A stretch of DNA of 64,000 nt, from NCBI RefSeq assembly GCF_036507355.1, contig NZ_AP027877.1. One strand, 5' to 3'. Below are positions 20,900 to 31,349 of this stretch, in pieces. The position numbers and the translations under genes are program-made. Under the pieces are notes generated by a model. The model saw only the letters and a program-made list of their open reading frames with translations, was not told the origin of the DNA and made no database searches. The DNA is from Escherichia coli (GTDB lineage Bacteria; Pseudomonadota; Gammaproteobacteria; Enterobacterales; Enterobacteriaceae). Numbering within the stretch: position 1 is the stretch's first letter; the number at the start of each line of letters is the position of its first letter.

Positions 20900-21613
20900 A
20901 TGGAAAAAGTCATGTTGTCCTTTGACAAAGTCAGCGCCCACTACGGCAAAATCCAGGCGCTGCATGAGGTGAGCCTGCATATCAATCAGGGCGAGATTGT
21001 CACGCTGATTGGCGCGAACGGGGCGGGGAAAACCACCTTGCTTGGCACATTATGCGGCGATCCACGCGCCACCAGCGGGCGAATTGTGTTTGATGATAAA
21101 GACATTACCGACTGGCAGACGGCGAAAATCATGCGCGAAGCGGTAGCGATTGTCCCGGAAGGGCGTCGCGTCTTCTCGCGGATGACGGTGGAAGAGAACC
21201 TGGCGATGGGCGGCTTCTTTGCCGAACGCGACCAGTTCCAGGAGCGCATAAAGTGGGTGTATGAACTGTTCCCGCGTCTGCATGAGCGCCGTGTTCAGCG
21301 GGCAGGCACCATGTCCGGCGGTGAACAGCAGATGCTGGCGATTGGTCGCGCGCTGATGAGCAACCCGCGTTTGTTGTTGCTTGATGAGCCATCGCTCGGT
21401 CTTGCGCCGATTATCATCCAGCAAATTTTCGACACCATCGAGCAGCTGCGCGAGCAGGGGATGACTATCTTCCTCGTCGAGCAGAACGCCAACCAGGCGC
21501 TAAAGCTGGCGGATCGCGGCTACGTGCTGGAAAACGGTCATGTGGTGCTCTCCGATACTGGTGATGCACTACTGGCGAACGAAGCGGTGAGAAGTGCGTA
21601 TTTAGGCGGGTAA
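20900..21613 (+). CDS. livF: Branched-chain amino acid ABC ATPase LivF (237 aa)
   Basis: ORF 20888..21613 trimmed to MEKVMLSFDKV; Walker A GANGAGKTT. Confidence 0.93.
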   Translation: MEKVMLSFDKVSAHYGKIQALHEVSLHINQGEIVTLIGANGAGKTTLLGTLCGDPRATSGRIVFDDKDITDWQTAKIMREAVAIVPEGRRVFSRMTVEENLAMGGFFAERDQFQERIKWVYELFPRLHERRVQRAGTMSGGEQQMLAIGRALMSNPRLLLLDEPSLGLAPIIIQQIFDTIEQLREQGMTIFLVEQNANQALKLADRGYVLENGHVVLSDTGDALLANEAVRSAYLGG

Positions 21614-21731
21614 ATTATCGATAACCCGGCAGCTAAGTTCTGCCGGGCTCTTCGTCCGTATACAGACTTGTTTCAACTGACCGGGAGGATTAAAACCAGA
21701 CCACTTATTTGCCACGGAAAGGTTCACTCCC

Positions 21732-22478
21732 ATGCATTATGCCGTTGTTGTCATGCTTGAACTGCTTTGCTGTATTCACGCTTACCGTACCGGACAAGAG
21801 CGGTACTGGATTTTTATCATTTTCTGTTTTCCGGTGATTGGCTGCGTGGCGTATTTCGTCATAGTGATGCTGCCTGAAACGGGCGCTGACCGTCACGGGC
21901 ATACTTTGCTGATGCGCCTGCAGGACAAACTCAACCCTGAGCGCCACCTGCGCAAATTAACCGAAGAACTGGCGATTGCCGAGACGAATCAAAACCATTA
22001 TGCGTTGGCTAATGAACTGGCGCGTCTGGAGCGTTACCACGAAGCCGTTCCCCATTATCAGCAGGCGTTAAGCGGGATATTCGCCCATGAAGCGGCAATG
22101 ATGTTAAGCCTGGCGCAGGCACAGTTTGCTATTCAGGAGTTCGCCGCCTGTCAGCAGACGCTGGAAGATGTGATGCGTTATAACCCTGATTTTCAGTCGG
22201 CAGACGGGCATTTGTTATTTGCCAGAACGTTAGCCGCACAAGAAAAATACGCTGATGCGGAAAGCGAGTTTGAAGTATTGATTTCTTATTACCCCGGCCC
22301 GCAGGCGCGTATTTACTATGCGGAAATGTTGGCGAAAATGAGTCGGTTACGTGAAGCCAACGAGCAGTATGTTGCTGTAGTTGATACGGCTAAACGCTCA
22401 AGACCTCATTATAGAAAACACCACCGGGAATGGATTAAGACCGCCAATGAACGGCTGAAGCAGAGTGTGGTGCAATGA
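21732..22478 (+). CDS. Hypothetical protein: PLDc_N-like two-helix membrane anchor plus soluble helical (TPR-like) domain (248 aa)
   Basis: N-terminus IHAYRTGQERYWIFIIFCFPVIGCVAYFV resembles the PLD N-terminal membrane module; remainder predicted helical; not part of the K-12 livF-ugpB junction as I recall it. Confidence 0.6.
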   Translation: MHYAVVVMLELLCCIHAYRTGQERYWIFIIFCFPVIGCVAYFVIVMLPETGADRHGHTLLMRLQDKLNPERHLRKLTEELAIAETNQNHYALANELARLERYHEAVPHYQQALSGIFAHEAAMMLSLAQAQFAIQEFAACQQTLEDVMRYNPDFQSADGHLLFARTLAAQEKYADAESEFEVLISYYPGPQARIYYAEMLAKMSRLREANEQYVAVVDTAKRSRPHYRKHHREWIKTANERLKQSVVQ

Positions 22479-22701
22479 AAATCTTCTTTGCCGTTAGACC
22501 AGTGTCGCGGCAATCTTTTGTTAAAATTGAAAAATGTAGCTCTCATCGGGCAGCAAAACTGGACGCAGAATTTGCTGCCATTTTTGCTCTTCATGGTAAG
22601 GAGTTCTGGCGATTAGCTGGCCGTTAATCGCCTCTTTTCAGTGCATTCTCGGGATATCCGTGCCCCATCTCCCATTTTCCCTCACCCGTACCGTCACCGC
22701 C

Positions 22702-22719
22702 TTGTCATCTTTCTGACAC
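22702..22719 (+). promoter_or_regulatory. Putative Pho box (PhoB site) in the ugpB promoter region
   Basis: ttgtcatctttctgacac approximates the CTGTCAT-N4-CTGTCAC consensus, ~120 nt upstream of ugpB. Confidence 0.45.
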
Positions 22720-22837
22720 CTTACTATCTTACAAATGTAACAAAAAAGTTATTTTTCTGTAATTCGAGCATGTCATGTTACCCCGCGAGCATAAAACGCG
22801 TGAATTCGCGCATTCGGTACAACAAGAGAGATAAACG

Positions 22838-24154
22838 ATGAAACCGTTACATTATACAGCTTCAGCACTGGCGCTCGGACTGGCGTTAATGGGGAATGCA
22901 CAGGCAGTGACAACCATTCCGTTCTGGCATTCTATGGAAGGGGAACTGGGTAAAGAGGTGGATTCTCTGGCCCAACGTTTTAACGCCGAAAACCCGGATT
23001 ACAAAATTGTACCGACCTATAAAGGCAACTACGAACAGAATTTAAGCGCGGGGATTGCCGCATTTCGTACCGGCAATGCTCCGGCTATTTTGCAGGTTTA
23101 TGAAGTTGGCACCGCCACCATGATGGCGTCGAAAGCCATTAAACCGGTATATGACGTGTTTAAAGAGGCGGGGATTCAATTCGATGAGTCGCAGTTTGTG
23201 CCGACGGTTTCCGGTTACTACTCCGACAGCAAAACGGGCCACTTACTCTCCCAGCCATTCAACAGCTCGACCCCCGTTCTCTATTACAACAAAGACGCCT
23301 TCAAGAAAGCAGGATTAGACCCGGAACAGCCGCCGAAAACCTGGCAGGATCTGGCGGACTATTCTGCAAAACTGAAAGCCTCCGGAATGAAGTGCGGCTA
23401 CGCCAGCGGCTGGCAGGGCTGGATCCAACTGGAAAACTTTAGCGCCTGGAACGGTCTGCCGTTTGCCAGCAAAAACAACGGTTTTGACGGCACAGACGCG
23501 GTGCTTGAGTTCAACAAGCCGGAGCAGGTGAAACACATCGCCATGCTCGAAGAGATGAACAAGAAGGGCGATTTCAGCTACGTCGGGCGTAAGGATGAAT
23601 CCACCGAGAAGTTCTATAACGGTGATTGCGCGATGACCACCGCCTCTTCCGGTTCTCTCGCTAATATTCGTGAGTACGCCAAATTTAACTATGGCGTAGG
23701 CATGATGCCTTACGACGCCGATGCGAAAGATGCACCGCAAAACGCCATTATCGGCGGGGCCAGCCTGTGGGTGATGCAGGGCAAAGATAAAGAAACGTAT
23801 ACCGGCGTGGCGAAGTTCCTCGACTTCCTCGCGAAGCCAGAAAACGCTGCCGAGTGGCATCAGAAAACCGGTTATCTGCCAATCACCAAAGCGGCGTATG
23901 ACCTGACTCGTGAGCAGGGCTTTTACGAGAAAAACCCAGGTGCGGATACCGCGACGCGTCAGATGCTGAACAAGCCGCCGTTGCCGTTCACCAAAGGTCT
24001 ACGTCTGGGCAACATGCCGCAGATCCGCGTGATTGTGGATGAAGAGCTGGAGAGCGTGTGGACCGGTAAGAAGACACCACAGCAGGCACTGGATACCGCC
24101 GTTGAGCGTGGAAATCAGTTGCTGCGCCGCTTTGAGAAATCGACGAAGTCTTAA
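22838..24154 (+). CDS. ugpB: sn-glycerol-3-phosphate periplasmic binding protein UgpB (438 aa)
   Basis: 438 aa with signal peptide. Confidence 0.95.
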   Translation: MKPLHYTASALALGLALMGNAQAVTTIPFWHSMEGELGKEVDSLAQRFNAENPDYKIVPTYKGNYEQNLSAGIAAFRTGNAPAILQVYEVGTATMMASKAIKPVYDVFKEAGIQFDESQFVPTVSGYYSDSKTGHLLSQPFNSSTPVLYYNKDAFKKAGLDPEQPPKTWQDLADYSAKLKASGMKCGYASGWQGWIQLENFSAWNGLPFASKNNGFDGTDAVLEFNKPEQVKHIAMLEEMNKKGDFSYVGRKDESTEKFYNGDCAMTTASSGSLANIREYAKFNYGVGMMPYDADAKDAPQNAIIGGASLWVMQGKDKETYTGVAKFLDFLAKPENAAEWHQKTGYLPITKAAYDLTREQGFYEKNPGADTATRQMLNKPPLPFTKGLRLGNMPQIRVIVDEELESVWTGKKTPQQALDTAVERGNQLLRRFEKSTKS

Positions 24155-24165
24155 TCAGTGTAATG

Positions 24166-24232
24166 TCGGATGCGTTTCGCTTATCTGACCTGGCATCGCG
24201 TGTAGGCCGGATAAGCGAAGCGCATCCGGCAC
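24166..24232. repeat. REP pair (BIME-like) between ugpB and ugpA
   Basis: Inverted REP units gtcggatgcgtttcgcttatctgacc / gtaggccggataagcgaagcgcatccggca. Confidence 0.7.
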
Positions 24233-24251
24233 AGTTCAGGAATTAACCGTA

Positions 24252-25139
24252 ATGTCATCATCCCGTCCGGTGTTCCGCTCGCGCTGGCTGCCTTATCTGC
24301 TGGTCGCGCCGCAGCTCATCATCACCGTTATCTTTTTTATCTGGCCTGCGGGCGAAGCGTTGTGGTACTCGCTACAAAGCGTCGATCCGTTTGGTTTCTC
24401 CAGCCAGTTTGTCGGCCTGGATAACTTCGTCGCGCTGTTTCATGACAGCTACTATCTCGACTCCTTCTGGACGACGATAAAATTCAGCACCTTTGTCACC
24501 GTCAGCGGTTTGCTGGTATCGCTGTTCTTTGCGGCGCTGGTGGAGTACATCGTGCGCGGCAGTCGTTTCTATCAAACCTTGATGCTGCTGCCGTATGCCG
24601 TGGCTCCCGCCGTTGCCGCCGTATTGTGGATCTTCCTGTTTAACCCCGGTCGCGGGCTGATCACCCATTTTCTCGCTGAGTTCGGCTACGACTGGAACCA
24701 CGCGCAAAATAGCGGTCAGGCGATGTTTCTGGTGGTGTTTGCCTCAGTATGGAAGCAAATCAGCTACAACTTCCTGTTCTTCTATGCCGCGCTGCAATCC
24801 ATTCCCCGTTCGTTGATCGAAGCCGCAGCCATCGACGGTGCAGGGCCGATTCGCCGCTTCTTTAAGATTGCGCTGCCGCTTATCGCCCCGGTGAGTTTCT
24901 TCCTGCTGGTAGTGAACCTGGTGTATGCCTTCTTCGACACCTTCCCGGTGATCGACGCCGCCACGTCCGGCGGGCCGGTTCAGGCCACCACGACGCTGAT
25001 TTATAAGATCTACCGCGAAGGCTTTACCGGACTGGATCTGGCTTCGTCTGCCGCACAGTCGGTGGTGTTGATGTTCCTCGTCATCGTGCTGACGGTGGTG
25101 CAGTTCCGCTATGTTGAAAGCAAGGTGCGTTACCAATGA
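24252..25139 (+). CDS. ugpA: G3P ABC permease UgpA (295 aa)
   Basis: 295-aa permease. Confidence 0.95.
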
Positions 25140-25981
25140 TTGAGAACCGTCCGTGGCTGACGATATTCAGCCATACCATGCTGATCCTCGGGATCGCGGT
25201 GATCCTCTTCCCGCTGTACGTGGCGTTTGTCGCGGCGACGCTGGATAAACAAGCCGTCTACGCCGCGCCGATGACGCTCATCCCCGGCACGCATCTGCTG
25301 GAAAACATCCACAACATCTGGGTAAACGGGGTTGGCACGAATAGTGCGCCGTTCTGGCGGATGTTGCTTAACAGCTTTGTGATGGCGTTCAGCATTACGC
25401 TCGGCAAAATTACCGTCTCGATGCTCTCGGCATTTGCCATTGTCTGGTTTCGTTTTCCGCTACGTAACCTCTTCTTCTGGATGATTTTTATCACCCTGAT
25501 GCTGCCGGTTGAAGTGCGTATCTTCCCGACGGTGGAAGTCATCGCCAACCTGAAAATGCTCGACAGCTACGCAGGTTTAACGCTGCCGCTGATGGCCTCG
25601 GCGACCGCTACCTTCCTGTTCCGCCAGTTCTTTATGACGCTGCCGGATGAGCTGGTGGAAGCCGCGCGGATCGACGGCGCGTCGCCAATGCGCTTCTTTT
25701 GCGACATCGTTTTTCCGTTGTCCAAAACTAATCTGGCGGCGTTGTTTGTGATCACCTTTATTTACGGCTGGAACCAGTATTTGTGGCCGTTGTTGATTAT
25801 TACCGACGTGGATCTCGGCACCACCGTGGCAGGGATCAAAGGGATGATCGCCACTGGCGAAGGCACCACAGAATGGAACTCAGTGATGGCGGCGATGTTG
25901 TTAACCCTGATCCCACCAGTAGTGATTGTTTTAGTGATGCAGCGTGCCTTCGTGCGCGGCCTGGTCGATAGTGAGAAATAA
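25136..25981 (+). CDS. ugpE: G3P ABC permease UgpE (281 aa)
   Basis: 281-aa permease. Confidence 0.95.
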
Positions 25982-25982
25982 G

Positions 25983-27053
25983 ATGGCAGGACTGAAATTA
26001 CAGGCAGTAACCAAAAGCTGGGATGGCAAAACCCAGGTGATTAAACCGCTGACCCTTGATGTGGCGGATGGCGAATTTATCGTGATGGTCGGGCCGTCAG
26101 GCTGCGGGAAATCGACGCTGCTGCGCATGGTTGCCGGGCTGGAGCGGGTGACGGAAGGCGATATCTGGATCAACAACCAGCGGGTGACCGAAATGGAGCC
26201 GAAAGATCGCGGGATTGCGATGGTGTTCCAGAACTACGCGCTTTATCCGCATATGAGTGTTGAAGAAAACATGGCGTGGGGGCTGAAAATTCGCGGCATG
26301 GGCAAGCAGCAAATTGCCGAGCGCGTTAAAGAAGCGGCGCGCATTCTGGAACTGGACGGTCTGCTTAAGCGCCGCCCGCGCGAGCTTTCCGGCGGTCAGC
26401 GTCAGCGTGTGGCGATGGGCCGCGCGATTGTGCGCGATCCGGCGGTGTTCCTGTTTGATGAGCCACTCTCTAACCTCGATGCCAAGCTGCGCGTGCAGAT
26501 GCGCCTTGAATTGCAACAGTTACACCGTCGCCTGAAAACGACTTCACTCTACGTTACTCACGATCAGGTTGAGGCGATGACCCTCGCCCAGCGAGTAATG
26601 GTGATGAACGGCGGCGTTGCCGAACAGATTGGCACACCAGTTGAAGTCTACGAAAAGCCCGCCAGCCTGTTTGTGGCGAGTTTTATCGGCAGTCCGGCGA
26701 TGAACCTGCTGGCAGGCCGCGTGAATAACGATGGCACGCATTTCGAACTGGACGGCGGTATCGCGCTACCGCTAAACGGTGGCTACCGTCAGTATGCCGG
26801 GCGTAAAATGACTCTCGGCATTCGCCCGGAACATATAGCGTTAAGCTCGCAGGCAGAAGGCGGCGTACCGCTGGTGATGGACACGCTGGAGATCCTCGGC
26901 GCTGATAATCTGGCGCACGGACGATGGGGCGAACAGAAGCTGGTGGTGCGACTGGCGCATCAGGAGCGCCCGACGGCAGGCAGCACGCTGTGGCTGCATC
27001 TGGCGGAAAATCAGCTGCATCTTTTTGATGGTGAAACAGGACAACGAGTATGA
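25983..27053 (+). CDS. ugpC: G3P ABC ATPase UgpC (356 aa)
   Basis: ORF 25944..27053 trimmed to [13 protein letters not shown]; Walker [10 protein letters not shown]. Confidence 0.93.
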   Translation: MAGLKLQAVTKSWDGKTQVIKPLTLDVADGEFIVMVGPSGCGKSTLLRMVAGLERVTEGDIWINNQRVTEMEPKDRGIAMVFQNYALYPHMSVEENMAWGLKIRGMGKQQIAERVKEAARILELDGLLKRRPRELSGGQRQRVAMGRAIVRDPAVFLFDEPLSNLDAKLRVQMRLELQQLHRRLKTTSLYVTHDQVEAMTLAQRVMVMNGGVAEQIGTPVEVYEKPASLFVASFIGSPAMNLLAGRVNNDGTHFELDGGIALPLNGGYRQYAGRKMTLGIRPEHIALSSQAEGGVPLVMDTLEILGADNLAHGRWGEQKLVVRLAHQERPTAGSTLWLHLAENQLHLFDGETGQRV

Positions 27054-27793
27054 GTAACTGGCCTTATCCCCGCATCGTCGCACATCGTGGCGGCGGTAAG
27101 CTGGCCCCGGAAAACACCCTGGCGGCAATCGACGTCGGGGCAAAATACGGTCATAAGATGATCGAATTTGACGCGAAGTTATCGAAAGATGGCGAGATCT
27201 TTCTGCTCCATGACGACAATCTCGAACGTACCAGCAACGGCTGGGGCGTCGCGGGTGAACTGAACTGGCAGGATTTACTACGTGTGGATGCAGGCAGTTG
27301 GTACGGCAAAGCGTTTAAAGGTGAGCCGCTGCCGTTGCTTTCGCAGGTGGCGGAACGCTGTCGCGAACATGGGATGATGGCGAATATCGAAATCAAACCC
27401 ACCACTGGCACTGGGCCATTAACGGGCAAAATGGTGGCGCTGGCGGCACGCGAGCTGTGGGCCGGTATGACGCCGCCGCTACTGTCATCGTTTGAGATTG
27501 ATGCTTTAGAAGCCGCACAACAGGCAGTACCAGAACTGCCGCGCGGTTTGTTGCTGGATGAGTGGCGCGACGACTGGCGAGAACTGACCGCGCGGCTGGG
27601 CTGCGTCTCTATTCATCTCAATCATAAGTTGCTCGATAAAGCGCGAGTGATGCAGTTGAAAGACGCCGGATTACGGATTCTGGTTTATACCGTCAATAAA
27701 CCCCAGCGCGCGGCAGAGTTGCTGCGCTGGGGCGTGGATTGCATCTGTACCGATGCGATTGATGTGATTGGTCCGAACTTTACGGCCCAATAG
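27050..27793 (+). CDS. ugpQ: Glycerophosphodiester phosphodiesterase UgpQ (247 aa)
   Basis: [23 protein letters not shown] (GDPD motif). Confidence 0.95.
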
Positions 27794-28220
27794 TTTTCAA
27801 CGGAATGTCAGGCTGCGGCGTGCTGGGCTGATTCAGCATGTCGCCGTTTCTCCTCTCCGGCAGCATATGCTGCTGATTCAACGAACTATCCGGATTACGG
27901 TTGCTGTTTAACATCCCGCCGTTGGTGTTGGGCAGCATTTGCTGCCGGGCGGGATTTCGCTCCCCCGGCTGTGACTGCAACACCCGCTGAGAATTATTGT
28001 TTATCTGGTTTTCTAAATGCTGCTGTTGCAACTGAGTTTGCGTTTTCAGTTGCTGATTCAGCATCCCTTTTTGCTGGATTTGCTGCGTTTGCATTTGGGT
28101 TTGCATCCGCTGCTGACTGGGGATCTGATACCCCGGCTGGTTAGGGTTATTCAGAGTATTAATGGGCTGTGCAAAGCCGACAAACGGCAGGAGTGCCGTA
28201 AGAATCAGAAGTCGTTTCAT
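27780..28220 (-). CDS. yhhA: Gln-rich secreted protein YhhA (146 aa)
   Basis: Signal peptide then Q/N-rich low-complexity sequence; conserved position. Confidence 0.8.
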
Positions 28221-28339
28221 CGCGTATCCTCCTCTGAAGATATTCTTTAAGTTTACTCCTTTCCTGCAATCATCAGGATTAATTCAGAGTTATATACCAG
28301 GCTTAGCTGGGGTTGCCCCTTAATCTCTGGAGAATAACG

Positions 28340-30085
28340 ATGATAAAACCGACGTTTTTACGCCGGGTGGCCATTGCTGCTCTGTTCACAGGAAGTTGTT
28401 TTAGTACGGTAGCCGCGCCACCTGCGCCGTCTCCTGTTTCTTACGGCGTGGAGGAAGATGTCTTTCATCCGGTACGCGCGAAACAGGGGATGGTGGCGTC
28501 TGTCGATGCTACTGCCACTCAGGTGGGGGTGGATATCCTCAAGGAGGGCGGGAATGCCGTTGATGCCGCCGTGGCTGTGGGCTACGCGCTGGCGGTAACG
28601 CATCCGCAGGCAGGGAATCTGGGCGGTGGTGGTTTTATGCTGATCCGCTCGAAAAATGGCAATACCACCGCTATCGATTTCCGCGAAATGGCACCCGCCA
28701 AAGCGACCCGCGATATGTTCCTTGATGACCAGGGCAACCCGGACAGCAAAAAATCACTCACTTCGCATCTGGCTTCCGGCACGCCCGGTACGGTCGCTGG
28801 TTTCTCGCTGGCGTTGGATAAATACGGCACAATGCCGTTGAACAAAGTGGTGCAGCCAGCGTTTAAACTGGCACGCGATGGTTTTATCGTTAACGACGCA
28901 CTGGCTGACGATCTCAAAACCTACGGGAGCGAAGTGCTGCCGAATCACGAAAACAGCAAGGCTATCTTCTGGAAAGAGGGCGAGCCGCTGAAAAAGGGCG
29001 ACAAGCTGGTGCAGGCGAACCTGGCAAAGAGCCTGGAGATGATTGCCGAAAACGGCCCGGACGAATTCTACAAAGGCACGATAGCGGAACAGATTGCCCA
29101 GGAGATGCAGAAAAACGGTGGCCTGATCACTAAAGAAGATTTAGCGGCGTATAAAGCGGTCGAACGCACACCGATAAGCGGCGATTATCGCGGGTATCAG
29201 GTTTACTCCATGCCACCGCCATCCTCCGGCGGGATCCATATCGTACAAATCCTCAATATTCTGGAAAACTTCGATATGAAGAAATACGGTTTTGGCAGCG
29301 CCGACGCGATGCAGATCATGGCAGAAGCGGAGAAATATGCCTACGCTGACCGCTCGGAATATCTTGGCGACCCGGATTTTGTGAAAGTCCCGTGGCAGGC
29401 GCTGACCAATAAAGCCTATGCCAAATCTATTGCGGAGCAAATCGATATCAATAAAGCGAAACCGTCCAGCGAGATTCGCCCTGGCAAGCTTGCGCCTTAT
29501 GAGAGTAATCAAACTACCCATTACTCAGTGGTGGATAAAGACGGTAACGCCGTGGCGGTGACCTATACGCTGAACACCACCTTCGGTACGGGTATTGTCG
29601 CGGGCGAGAGCGGTATTCTGCTTAATAACCAGATGGATGATTTCTCCGCCAAACCGGGCGTACCGAACGTTTACGGGCTGGTGGGCGGTGATGCCAACGC
29701 GGTCGGGCCGAATAAACGCCCACTGTCGTCGATGTCACCAACCATTGTGGTGAAAGACGGTAAAACCTGGCTGGTTACCGGTAGCCCTGGCGGGAGTCGG
29801 ATTATTACCACCGTGCTGCAAATAGTGGTGAATAGCATCGATTATGGCATGAACGTCGCCGAAGCGACCAATGCGCCGCGTTTCCACCATCAGTGGTTGC
29901 CGGACGAGCTGCGTGTCGAAAAAGGGTTTAGCCCGGATACGCTCAAGCTGCTGGAAGCAAAAGGTCAGAAAGTGGCGCTGAAAGAGGCGATGGGCAGTAC
30001 ACAAAGCATTATGGTTGGGCCGGACGGTGAGTTGTACGGCGCATCCGACCCGCGCTCGGTGGATGATTTAACGGCGGGGTACTAA
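28340..30085 (+). CDS. ggt: Gamma-glutamyltranspeptidase Ggt
   Basis: ORF 28313..30085 trimmed to MIKPTFLRRVAIAALF; catalytic TTHYSVVD region present. Confidence 0.95.
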   Translation: MIKPTFLRRVAIAALFTGSCFSTVAAPPAPSPVSYGVEEDVFHPVRAKQGMVASVDATATQVGVDILKEGGNAVDAAVAVGYALAVTHPQAGNLGGGGFMLIRSKNGNTTAIDFREMAPAKATRDMFLDDQGNPDSKKSLTSHLASGTPGTVAGFSLALDKYGTMPLNKVVQPAFKLARDGFIVNDALADDLKTYGSEVLPNHENSKAIFWKEGEPLKKGDKLVQANLAKSLEMIAENGPDEFYKGTIAEQIAQEMQKNGGLITKEDLAAYKAVERTPISGDYRGYQVYSMPPPSSGGIHIVQILNILENFDMKKYGFGSADAMQIMAEAEKYAYADRSEYLGDPDFVKVPWQALTNKAYAKSIAEQIDINKAKPSSEIRPGKLAPYESNQTTHYSVVDKDGNAVAVTYTLNTTFGTGIVAGESGILLNNQMDDFSAKPGVPNVYGLVGGDANAVGPNKRPLSSMSPTIVVKDGKTWLVTGSPGGSRIITTVLQIVVNSIDYGMNVAEATNAPRFHHQWLPDELRVEKGFSPDTLKLLEAKGQKVALKEAMGSTQSIMVGPDGELYGASDPRSVDDLTAGY

Positions 30086-30093
30086 GGTTAGCG

Positions 30094-30124
30094 GCCCTCT
30101 TCGTGGGAAGAGGGCTATTTTGTC
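30094..30124. terminator. Bidirectional rho-independent terminator between ggt and yrhB
   Basis: Hairpin gccctcttc-gtgg-gaagagggc flanked by T/A tracts. Confidence 0.75.
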
Positions 30125-30407
30125 AGGGCAAGCCGAAGGTAGCCTTTTTTATTTCGTAATCCTGTAGATATTCTTCCAGCGGCTTTGCCGTTCCCAGAGA
30201 ATGAATTTCACCACTGTCTTTATCAATAATAAAAGGTGCGTTACCAGCTAAGCGCGCGGCCTCATCTCCAGTTTCGAGAAATTCTCGTGCTTCGAAACAG
30301 AAATACCAGCCCTGGCTAAAGCGTCCATGTAGAGTAATGACGACCGGGAGATCTGCATCATCAAGGTAATGGTTCGCTTTCGCGAATGCGTCGTGATAAG
30401 TAATTAT
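30123..30407 (-). CDS. yrhB: YrhB homolog (93 codons read from sequence); expected initiator position is ATA, not ATG
   Basis: Minus-strand translation ITYHDAFAKANHYLDDADLPVVITLHGRFSQGWYFCFEAREFLETGDEAARLAGNAPFIIDKDSGEIHSLGTAKPLEEYLQDYEIKKATFGLP; not in the ORF track because there is no ATG/GTG/TTG before the upstream in-frame stop. Confidence 0.55.
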   Translation of the reverse strand: MITYHDAFAKANHYLDDADLPVVITLHGRFSQGWYFCFEAREFLETGDEAARLAGNAPFIIDKDSGEIHSLGTAKPLEEYLQDYEIKKATFGLP

Positions 30408-30604
30408 AATTATAATAAATATTATTGTTGAGTGTTATATTATTATTCCTGTGTGATACATTGAGCAAAGGCGCGTTCATCTTCGTCAAAGATATTATTA
30501 AATGCTGGTTTTGAAAAAAGTTCATCGGATAAGATATAGTCACGAAATAAGTATCTGCTAATATTTTGTGATTTTTTTCAGAACGTCGAACGGGATTTTC
30601 TTAT

Positions 30605-30769
30605 TTAAGATATCAGAATCTTATGATTCGGGTAAAATTCTAAATAAATCAACATGTCACTAAAATCATCATAGCCATTAGCTATTTCGGCTAAAATAGA
30701 GACTACATGTCTTCGGTCCATCTCACTTAAGGAGTGTAGTTCCGTTGTAAGTTTTTCCATAGCTTGCAT
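30605..30769 (-). CDS. Possible small ORF (54 aa)
   Basis: ATG..TAA ORF read by hand: MQAMEKLTTELHSLSEMDRRHVVSILAEIANGYDDFSDMLIYLEFYPNHKILIS; AT-rich; below the track length cutoff. Confidence 0.25.
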   Translation of the reverse strand: MQAMEKLTTELHSLSEMDRRHVVSILAEIANGYDDFSDMLIYLEFYPNHKILIS

Positions 30770-30854
30770 TGCTAAATTTCGAACAAGGAATTTTCTGGTG
30801 GTAATCTCTAAAAAGATGGTATGGTTTACAATGATTTTTGTTTCCTTTTGATTA

Positions 30855-31349
30855 TTATGAACAACTGTCCATGATTTCGTTTAAGAATGAAGAGAAATCA
30901 CTAAACGAACTGAATATATTTTCTGTGCCAATATTATCTCTAATTTCAAAAAAGTTACTTTTAATGTCATAAGTAAATATTGAAATGCTATCATCCCCGA
31001 TCACTAACCGTTCTTGTAGATCAGGGTTTATGAAATCATCATTATTTCTATAAAATTCATTTACGGCAAAAAGGTTTTTAACTGAAGGTTCTGGAATCGA
31101 GAGGCTAAATAATCGTAATCCATTAACTTCGAATCCATCCATTGCTCTTAAAAAAGTAAGATAATCAGGTTGATTCTTAAAAAGAATACTAACTTCATTA
31201 CATAACTTCTCCAGGCAATTAGTTGAATTAGAATTAAATTCTATTTGGATTATACTTTCAATAAATGATTCCTTGAGCGGTGCTTCAAATGGATAGTCTA
31301 AATCATTCATCATTTTTATTAATTTGTTTATTTGGGTTTTAGTCATCAT
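30855..31349 (-). CDS. Putative immunity protein (YrhA-like), translationally coupled to the upstream Hcp-HNH gene (164 aa)
   Basis: Start ATG overlaps the stop of the HNH reading frame (ATGA); AT-rich, acidic small protein typical of immunity genes. Confidence 0.6.
   Translation of the reverse strand: MMTKTQINKLIKMMNDLDYPFEAPLKESFIESIIQIEFNSNSTNCLEKLCNEVSILFKNQPDYLTFLRAMDGFEVNGLRLFSLSIPEPSVKNLFAVNEFYRNNDDFINPDLQERLVIGDDSISIFTYDIKSNFFEIRDNIGTENIFSSFSDFSSFLNEIMDSCS

Noticed and set aside
21624-21652. Possible terminator hairpin after livF (cccggcag...ctgccggg)
   Set aside because: The stem is present but there is no following T-tract; not confident it is an intrinsic terminator.
30361-30543. 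60-aa minus-strand ORF (…NNNIYYNYNY…)
   Set aside because: Low-complexity translation of the AT-rich tract upstream of yrhB, in a different frame from yrhB; likely not coding.
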